Shown: positions 10,422-17,274 of the stretch, in pieces
Layout of the letters: each line of letters begins with the position of its first letter
Position numbering within the stretch: the stretch's first letter is position 1
Assembly: GCA_963924875.1 (NCBI GenBank)
Contig: CAWUSX010000003.1
Coordinates: 1 to 60,288 of the forward strand
Direction of reading: 5' to 3'
Source of the DNA: an uncultured Gammaproteobacteria bacterium
Lineage (GTDB): Bacteria > Pseudomonadota > Gammaproteobacteria > SZUA-229
Length of the DNA stretch: 60,288 nucleotides
The notes under the pieces: model-generated
Told to the model about the DNA's origin: nothing
The model's input: the letters and a program-made list of their open reading frames with translations, nothing else
Database searches by the model: none
Position numbers and translations under genes: made by a program

Positions 10422-10578
10422 AAATGTTCCTAAAAAGAAAAGTAAATTTAAAGTAAATATAGACACAGCTAATAGTTTGCTGCGAGTTAATAATTGACCG
10501 AAAGTTAAGCTTAGTCAATTATTAACGGTTTTATTATAATCATGTTTTTAGCGTGGCGACCAGAAGTAACTCTATAGC

Positions 10579-10869
10579 TTATTTTCGCCCTGAGATTGAT
10601 TGATTGATTCGGGCCATTAATTCTTCAATGGGTGTTTCTGAGGGCAGTTGTAAGTGAAACCCCTGTGCTTTTAGGTTGTCGATGATTTTTTGTGGGTCTT
10701 CTTTGGCCAGTTTGGTATCTTCCCTGATTTCCAGAGTCATCGCAAAATCCAATGTGCCGAGCTTCTTTTTAATGCTGCTATCGATGCAGTCAAAGTTATT
10801 TTCTTCGGCCAGATAAATATACATATCAAGCTTTGCAGAGCATCGATATATATAGCAAGTTGTAGACAT
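10579..10869 (-). CDS. YcgL-domain protein
   Basis: 'CYIYRCSAKLDMYIYL', 'LKAQGFHLQLP'; ATG overlaps the hemL stop (TAATG). Confidence 0.85.
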   Translation of the reverse strand: MSTTCYIYRCSAKLDMYIYLAEENNFDCIDSSIKKKLGTLDFAMTLEIREDTKLAKEDPQKIIDNLKAQGFHLQLPSETPIEELMARINQSISGRK

Positions 10870-12158
10870 TACAGTGTCTCCAAAACTTTGCCTGCAGCAT
10901 CAATAGTGGCCTGTATGTCTTCATCGCTGTGCATTGAGCTTACAAAGCCAGCCTCATAAGCCGATGGTGCCAGGTAGATGCCATGCTCGAGCATGCCGTG
11001 ATAAAACTTTTTAAAGCGCTCTAAATTACATTGTGTAGCTTGTTCAAAATTGCTTACTTTATCGGCATCAGAGAAAAACAGGCCAAACATGCCACCAACA
11101 ATATTTTGTGTCATTGGAATATTGTTCTCAACGGCCTTTTGCATAATGCCATCAACCAATGTGGTCACTTTTTTGTTGAGGTCTGCAAAAAAATCATCTG
11201 CTGAAATCAGTTCGAGCGTTTAAAGGCCCGCCGCCATGGCAACAGGATTGCCTGATAATGTGCCTGCCTGATATACCGGACCAGTGGGTGCGATGAACTC
11301 CATTATATCTTTGCGGCCGCCAAAGGCACCTACTGGCATGCCGCCGCCAATAACCTTTCCCAGCGTTGTAAGGTCAGGTTTAATGTTATAAATCGATTGC
11401 ACGCCACCGAGGGCAGTGCGGAAGCCGGTCATTACCTCATCAAATATAAGTACGGCACCATGTTCGGTGCATATTTCACGTAGCCCTTCAAGGAATCCTT
11501 CAAGCGGTGGAATGCAGTTCATATTTCCGGCAACGGGCTCAACGATAATGCAGGCTATTTTATCGCCCGATGCTGCAAAGGTTTCGCGTACTTGATCCAG
11601 GTCGTTATAGGCTAGCGTTAATGTGTGTTCAGCCAGGCATGCAGGAACGCCTGGAGAGCTGGGCACGCCCAGTGTAAGTGCACCGGAGCCGGCTTTTACT
11701 AGTAAAGAATCGGAGTGGCCGTGATAGCAGCCCTCAAACTTAACAATGCTGTCTCGGCCAGTAAATCCACGCGCTAAACGAATGGCGCTCATAGTGGCTT
11801 CTGTGCCTGAGCTAACCATGCGCACAGATTCAATTGAAGGCATGAGTTGGCAAATGCGCTCCGCCATTTCTGTTTCTATAGCAGTAGGTGCGCCAAAGCT
11901 TAGACCTTTTTCAGCGGCATCTTTTACGGCTTTAATAACCTCAGGGTGTGCATGACCAAGAATCATTGGGCCCCACGAGCCGACATAATCTATATAGCGT
12001 TTATTGTCGGTATCCCAGATATAAGCCCCACTTGCGTGGTCTATGAAAACCGGATCACCACCCACACCTTTAAAGGCTCTGACCGGAGAATTGACTCCAC
12101 CGGGGATAACCGATTGTGCTTGACTGAAAAGTTCGGCCTGAGATCTTTTTTGGGACAT
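10869..12158 (-). pseudogene. hemL: Glutamate-1-semialdehyde 2,1-aminomutase interrupted by one in-frame TAA (11222-11220)
   Basis: The two track ORFs 11220..12158 and 10869..11168 are in the same frame: ...AMAAGL*TLELISADDFFADLNKKVTTLVDG... Motifs '[12 protein letters not shown]', '[12 protein letters not shown]' and 'YLAPSAYEAGF' are all present. A sequencing error is possible. Confidence 0.85.
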
Positions 12159-12323
12159 AGAAGGTTCCTGATAAACGCAGATTTATACGCAAATTTATAA
12201 ATGGCCGGCTATTTTACATCAAAAATTGGCTGTATATTAGCCTCACAATGAAAAACATCGGCCCATTCATTAATTAGGTTTGGCGGGCATGAAGCTAGAA
12301 ATTTGGGGTGTAGAGGCGTTGTG

Positions 12324-12902
12324 ATGACAAAACAGATAATTCGTTGTGCCTGGGTGGGTGATAATGTCCTGTATCAGCAATACCATGATACAGAATGGGG
12401 CGTGCCCAGTTTTGATGACAGGCATTTATTTGAAATGTTAATCCTGGAAGGTGCGCAGGCGGGATTAAGCTGGCTGACAATTTTAAAAAAACGAGAAGGA
12501 TACCGCAAGGCATTCGACAATTTTTCAGCAGCGAAAATAGTAAATTATTCACCTAAAAAAATTGAAACATTATTACTGAATCCTCAGATTGTACGGAATC
12601 GACTAAAGGTAAATGCTGCGGTTGTTAATGCGCGGGCGTACTTAAATGTATTGCAGGAATATAAAACGTTTTCTGACTACATTTGGCAGTTTGTAAATCA
12701 CCAGCCGATGGTGAATAAATGGGAATCGCTGTCTGAAGTTCCGGTCACAACAAATGAATCCGATGCAATGAGCAAAGATTTAAAAAAACGAGGGTTTAAA
12801 TTTATCGGCTCAACTATTTGTTATGCCTATATGCAGGCAGTTGGCATGGTGAATGATCATACCCTGGATTGTTGCTGTTATAAAACACCCAGAAAGCATT
12901 AG
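12324..12902 (+). CDS. tag: DNA-3-methyladenine glycosylase I
   Basis: 'RCAWV...YHDTEWGVP', 'EGAQAGLSWLTILKKR', 'QAVGMVNDH'; GAGG SD before 12321/12324. Confidence 0.94.
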   Translation: MTKQIIRCAWVGDNVLYQQYHDTEWGVPSFDDRHLFEMLILEGAQAGLSWLTILKKREGYRKAFDNFSAAKIVNYSPKKIETLLLNPQIVRNRLKVNAAVVNARAYLNVLQEYKTFSDYIWQFVNHQPMVNKWESLSEVPVTTNESDAMSKDLKKRGFKFIGSTICYAYMQAVGMVNDHTLDCCCYKTPRKH

Positions 12903-13531
12903 TCCTTAGTGTTAAATTCGTTTAAAAATTGTGCGCATTTGTTTTTAATGTCGGGGATGTTCTGTGATGAAAATAGCTCGCTGATAACCGCTAACATATC
13001 TGCTTTTTCACGCAGTAGTTCTCGGCAGTTTTGTGTGGTAATGCCGCCAATACAACAAACTGGGATATCATAATTGTTTTTTATGGAACTGATTAATTCC
13101 ACTTCTGCTTTTGCTGCCTCCGGTTTTATCGTTGAACCAAAAAAACTTCCAAATGCAATATAATCTGCGCCATCCTCAATCGCCTGTTTCGCAAGATCGA
13201 TACTGTTATAGCAGCTTACGCCAATGATTTTATTGTGACCCAGGTGTTTTCGGGTTTCTCTAATTGAAGTATCGTCTTTTCCAATGTGAATGCCATCGGC
13301 ATTCGATAGTATGGTGAGGTCTATATCGTCATTGATGATTAGAAGTGCATTGTACCGATCGCACAAAATCCTTAGTTCATGAGCCTGTTTAATCCTTTTT
13401 TCAGTGTCATGGCTTTTGTCGCGATATTGAATAATGCGTACACCAGAGGAAAGAGCGGCTTCAGCCATAGAACTAAAGTCATTAATGGGCATTAATGACT
13501 CGTCGGTGATGGCATATAGACCAGACAGTAT
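12899..13531 (-). CDS. thiE: Thiamine-phosphate synthase, probable non-canonical start (ATA at 13531)
   Basis: 'QYRDK', 'LIINDD', 'GIHIG', 'IGVSCY', 'IGGIT'. The conserved 'LSGLYAITD' lies in frame upstream of the track ATG (13492). Confidence 0.88.
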   Translation of the reverse strand: MLSGLYAITDESLMPINDFSSMAEAALSSGVRIIQYRDKSHDTEKRIKQAHELRILCDRYNALLIINDDIDLTILSNADGIHIGKDDTSIRETRKHLGHNKIIGVSCYNSIDLAKQAIEDGADYIAFGSFFGSTIKPEAAKAEVELISSIKNNYDIPVCCIGGITTQNCRELLREKADMLAVISELFSSQNIPDIKNKCAQFLNEFNTKD

Positions 13532-13568
13532 TGTTTTCCTTTGCGATTTAAAATTTTAAGTGAAATGG

Positions 13569-14345
13569 TTAGTGACGATTTGGAATGAGTTGTCCGTTAC
13601 CAAGTGCCTGTGCTTTTAGTAATGATTTGTAAGTGAAGTCAAGGGCGTTTTGGCAGGCATTAATGGGCTCTATTTCCTGTGCAACTAATGCGGAAAGGCT
13701 GGCCGCTAATGTACAGCCTGATCCGTGATATTCATTGTTTAGACGTTTGTATTTATATGAATTAATGCATTTCATTTTGTGATAGAGCTTGTGAACCACA
13801 TTAATTGATTTTGCATGTGTTCCGGTAATTAAAACGTGTTGTGCACCCATGTTGTTTAAATGCTGCGCGGCATTTTCTGGTGATAATTTTGGGCTCGTCA
13901 AATGCAGGGCTTCAAAAATATTTGGCGTGAGTATATATGTGTTAGGAATAATCAGCGTGTTGACGGCATCAATAAGATTCTTTTTTGCCAGGCTGGAACC
14001 ACCGCCGGCAAATAGTACAGGATCATAAATAACGGGGATATCCGGATATTGTCTAATTAATGTATAAATAGCTTCTGCGACGGCTCCTGAGCCTATCATA
14101 CCAATTTTAATTACTTTCACCGGCATGTCTTTTAAAATGCTTCGTGCCTGCTTTAGTATCAGCTCTGCATTTACTGGCTCAAAACTTTTAACGTTTTTGG
14201 TGTCCTGAATAGTATTTGCTGTGATGATGGGTGCGGCGTGACAGCCGTGCTGGCCAATGGATTCAATATCAGCCTGAATGCCGGCACCACCTGTGGGATC
14301 AAGCCCGGAAAAGCAGAGAACGCTGGGAGAGTTTATTCCTTTCAT
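13569..14345 (-). CDS. thiD: Hydroxymethylpyrimidine/phosphomethylpyrimidine kinase
   Basis: 'SGLDPTGGAGIQAD', 'KIGM', 'LTPN', 'HGSGCTLAA'; directly upstream of thiE. Confidence 0.9.
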   Translation of the reverse strand: MKGINSPSVLCFSGLDPTGGAGIQADIESIGQHGCHAAPIITANTIQDTKNVKSFEPVNAELILKQARSILKDMPVKVIKIGMIGSGAVAEAIYTLIRQYPDIPVIYDPVLFAGGGSSLAKKNLIDAVNTLIIPNTYILTPNIFEALHLTSPKLSPENAAQHLNNMGAQHVLITGTHAKSINVVHKLYHKMKCINSYKYKRLNNEYHGSGCTLAASLSALVAQEIEPINACQNALDFTYKSLLKAQALGNGQLIPNRH

Positions 14346-14398
14346 TTTGGATCAAGCCCAGAAAAGCAGAGAACTATAGGAGAGTTTGCTCTTTTCAT
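14342..14398 (-). CDS. Putative 18-aa minigene MKRANSPIVLCFSGLDPK, coupled to thiD
   Basis: Its TGA overlaps the thiD ATG (ATGA). Translation not demonstrated. Confidence 0.45.
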   Translation of the reverse strand: MKRANSPIVLCFSGLDPK

Positions 14399-14451
14399 TT
14401 TGGATCAAGTCCAGAAAAACTGAGAACGCTGGGTGGGGTCTTCTTTCTCAT
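14395..14451 (-). CDS. Putative 18-aa minigene MRKKTPPSVLSFSGLDPK
   Basis: GAGG lies 11 nt upstream; its TGA overlaps the next ATG (ATGA). Translation not demonstrated. Confidence 0.45.
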   Translation of the reverse strand: MRKKTPPSVLSFSGLDPK

Positions 14452-14603
14452 TGTGGGCTAAGCCTCAATGCGCTAAATAAAATATGTGATTGTAGTAATC
14501 TCACGTAGGGCCTGGGTAAGTTTTTGTAAAATAAAAACATTTGTTTCGGTGCGTATTCTAGTTTTTTTTGCAATGAGCTGTCAAAGGTATGGGGTGAATT
14601 TTA

Positions 14604-15446
14604 TTAGCATACCTGGCGAACAGTTTGCGCCAAATCTATCACGCGTGCGCGGATATATTTATTTCCCTGAGTTTCAGGTGATATTTTTAGGTAAGCGCTG
14701 TAGTCGGAGAGGGCGGGGGTATGGCATTCCAGTTGGTCATAGGTTGCTGCGCGTGCTTTTAACGCATCGGCCTGATCATTATCTGAATTGACTAAAATGT
14801 CGGCAATAGGCAGTGCTTTTTCATAGCTTTCTTCCTGCATGTAAAGATTGCGAAGATTGCGTAACATGCGTAGAACAATTTCTTTGTTGCTGCAGTTTGC
14901 CAGCACCCCATATAAGTGTGATTTTTTTAATTGAGGGCCATAAAATTCGTGCAAGCGTTCTTCTATATCATCTTCATTTAAGGATATGCCACCAAAATAT
15001 GGATCAAGCACAATAGCGCCATCACTAATTTCGAGCTTTACTAAAAAATGTCCGGGAAACGAAACGCCTGTAAGCGGTAAACCAAGAGCCTGGCCTACCT
15101 CTATATAAAGTATAGACAGGCTAATGGGAATCCCTAGCTTGCGGTCAATGACATCGTTTAAAAAACTATTACGAGGATCGTAATATGAAATAGTGTTTCC
15201 CTCGTAGCCCTTCTCAACAAAAAGCACATGATTTAGTTGTTTAAGAATTTCTGCTGCATTGGCATCTTCAGGTAAGCGGTTGCTTATTTCTTTTGCTATA
15301 AGCTGAATTTTTGATAAGTAGTCGTCTATGTTTAGCGCAGGGTATTCCATTCGCGCAATCATTAATGCCGCCCGGGCTAAATTAATCTCCTGATCAGGGC
15401 GATTAAGTAACTTCTCAATGTTCACTCTGTCTGGGTTATTGAGCAT
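14604..15446 (-). CDS. SirB1/YchA-family transglutaminase-like TPR protein
   Basis: 'YYDPRNSFLNDVIDRKLGIPISLSILY', 'GVSFPGHFLVK', 'DPY'. Confidence 0.88.
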   Translation of the reverse strand: MLNNPDRVNIEKLLNRPDQEINLARAALMIARMEYPALNIDDYLSKIQLIAKEISNRLPEDANAAEILKQLNHVLFVEKGYEGNTISYYDPRNSFLNDVIDRKLGIPISLSILYIEVGQALGLPLTGVSFPGHFLVKLEISDGAIVLDPYFGGISLNEDDIEERLHEFYGPQLKKSHLYGVLANCSNKEIVLRMLRNLRNLYMQEESYEKALPIADILVNSDNDQADALKARAATYDQLECHTPALSDYSAYLKISPETQGNKYIRARVIDLAQTVRQVC

Positions 15447-15450
15447 TGAA

Positions 15451-15801
15451 CTATTGGCCTTTGTATCTCATTCGAGTGCCATGTTCCAGCGATAGCAGTA
15501 TTTCATTGGCACCTAGCTCAATGGGGAAAAGCACGCCTGAAATTTGCGCGCCATGAATGCTAGCCCCTTCAAGGCACGTGTTGGTGAAGTCGATGCCACG
15601 AAGATTGCTCATTCTGAAGTAGCAGTCACTCAGGTTAAGCCCGTCGGCATTAAGATCTGTAAGGTCGACGTTGCGAAAATCTGCGCCCTGTAAGTCACAG
15701 TCTTCACCATTGGCGTGCCGGGTATTGAATTCCTCTATCTTACCGTCTCTTAAAAGGCGATAAAGTTCATCATCTTTAATTTTTGGTGCTGAACTTGGCA
15801 T
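15451..15801 (-). CDS. Pentapeptide-repeat protein
   Basis: A(D/N)LxX-type repeats 'DLQGADFRNVDLTDLNADGLNLSDCYFRMSNLRGIDF'; start moved to MPSSAPKIKDD (15801). Confidence 0.85.
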   Translation of the reverse strand: MPSSAPKIKDDELYRLLRDGKIEEFNTRHANGEDCDLQGADFRNVDLTDLNADGLNLSDCYFRMSNLRGIDFTNTCLEGASIHGAQISGVLFPIELGANEILLSLEHGTRMRYKGQ

Positions 15802-15845
15802 CGTTATTTTCCTTATGGCTATATTTGTTAAGTATAGCAGTAGTC

Positions 15846-16262
15846 CTATTCGCCGTAGAGGCTGATAATGATTTGGCGGTTTTGGGCCTGAGTTCGATGC
15901 TCCCATAGGAATATGCCTTGCCACGTACCTAATAGAAATTGGCCGTTTGTGAAAGGAATACTTAGGCTGCTATCGGTGAGCACCGTTCTCACATGTGCAG
16001 ACATGTCATCGGGGCCTTCATCGGTATGTTGATATAAAGGGTCTCCATCAGGCGTTACTTTAGACATGAAAGCCTCTAAATCACGTCTTACGGTCGGGTC
16101 TGCATTTTCACACAAAATTAATGAGGCGCTGGTATGCCGAACAAAAATATTTGCGATGCCCGTGCTAATGCCAGAAGTAGAGACGATCGCATTTAATTGG
16201 CTGCTTATATTTACGCTGCCTCGACCCTCGGTATGAAAATTTAGAGTTTGTTGAAATATCAT
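15846..16262 (-). CDS. yjbQ: YjbQ/UPF0047 family protein (secondary thiamine-phosphate synthase family)
   Basis: 'HTSASL...ENADPTVRRDL', 'HTDEGPDDMSAHVR', 'LGTWQGIFLWEHR'. Confidence 0.9.
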   Translation of the reverse strand: MIFQQTLNFHTEGRGSVNISSQLNAIVSTSGISTGIANIFVRHTSASLILCENADPTVRRDLEAFMSKVTPDGDPLYQHTDEGPDDMSAHVRTVLTDSSLSIPFTNGQFLLGTWQGIFLWEHRTQAQNRQIIISLYGE

Positions 16263-16352
16263 AGAAAAGACCGAATGAAATCAGGGGAAAACATGCATGG
16301 GATGCTGAAGAATGCAGTCTTTAGCAACAGACCGGGCTCTTCAGCGGAACCA

Positions 16353-17114
16353 TTATGCCGCGTGAATTTTTTGTAATAATTTTAAATTGAGATATGTTTC
16401 GCCAAAATTATTGCCTGAGAGTGTATTGAAAGCACAACCGGGTTCACCCATATTATCAAGGACTAACGATGCGCCACTAAAGTCGTGGTCTTTGGTGTAG
16501 TCGTTAATTGTGATGATTGTCTTTAATTTTGCGCCTAATGATGATTTTATGCCATTTTCGGAGTCTTCAAATGCCAGGCAGTCTTCAGGCTTGAGCTTAA
16601 GCTGTTGTAGAGCCCAGACATAAATGTCTGCAGCTGGCTTTTTCGCAGGCACAATGTCACCTGCGGCAATCACCTCAAACCAGTCGCTGGAACCAGCCTC
16701 CAGGGCATGCTCCAGCAGTGCGGTAACATTTTCTGGTGTTGTCGTGGTTGAAATGGCAATACGTAAATTATTGGCTCTGGCTTCTTCAATGAGGCGTTTA
16801 ACCCCGGGACGAAGAGGAATAGCGCCGGTCGCGAGTAGTTCGGTATAAAACACCGTTTTAGATTTATGCAGTTCTTTTATAAGATCCGCTGTTTGGCTGT
16901 CTACAGGGAAGCTCGTATTGAAATTTTCGAGGTAAAAGGCCATGCGCTCTTTACCTCCGGTAACCGCCAGAAGCTCACCATATAGCTCTACCGACCAGTC
17001 CCAGTCCAGTCCGGCCTGTTTAAAGGCCTTATTAAAGGCCACGCGATGGCCGTCGCGTTCAGTATCTGCAAGTGTACCGTCAACGTCAAAAATAAGGGCT
17101 TGAAGGTCGGCCAT
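16353..17114 (-). CDS. HAD-superfamily phosphatase, CbbY-like
   Basis: 'ALIFDVDGTLADTERDGHRVAFNKAF', 'LLAVTGGKER', 'LRPGV', 'KKPAADIY', 'FEDSENG'. Confidence 0.85.
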   Translation of the reverse strand: MADLQALIFDVDGTLADTERDGHRVAFNKAFKQAGLDWDWSVELYGELLAVTGGKERMAFYLENFNTSFPVDSQTADLIKELHKSKTVFYTELLATGAIPLRPGVKRLIEEARANNLRIAISTTTTPENVTALLEHALEAGSSDWFEVIAAGDIVPAKKPAADIYVWALQQLKLKPEDCLAFEDSENGIKSSLGAKLKTIITINDYTKDHDFSGASLVLDNMGEPGCAFNTLSGNNFGETYLNLKLLQKIHAA

Positions 17115-17274
17115 AGTGTGAATCTCATATAGAAAAGAGTGCAATTTTAGAATAAGTAGGTAAATAAAAATAGCCTATACTTTAATGCCGAGTAAAAAAG
17201 CAGGCTGCTTATATTCTCTAAGGCTGAGATATTCGCAGATCAACATGATCTTCATATTTTAAAAAAAGCAATTT

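Larger units (their letters stand above)
14293..14451 (-). repeat. Three tandem 53-bp copies of the thiD 5' end
   Basis: Units 14451-14399, 14398-14346 and 14345-14293. Hand-counted identity 44/53, 38/53 and 38/53, no indels. Confidence 0.93.

Noticed and set aside
11220-11222. Programmed recoding (Sec/Pyl or frameshift) in hemL
   Set aside because: The stop is TAA rather than TGA/TAG, both parts are in the same frame, and Lys is the simplest expected residue.
14293-14451. CRISPR-like array
   Set aside because: Units are contiguous 53-bp tandem copies with no spacers, and there are no cas genes.
14231-14461. Plus-strand ORFs 14231..14461 and 14238..14423 with internal repeats
   Set aside because: They are antisense shadows of the thiD 5' triplication; the minus strand explains the repeat.
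14452-14603. TPP riboswitch upstream of thiD
   Set aside because: No CTGAGA / ACCTGAT core found on the minus strand.
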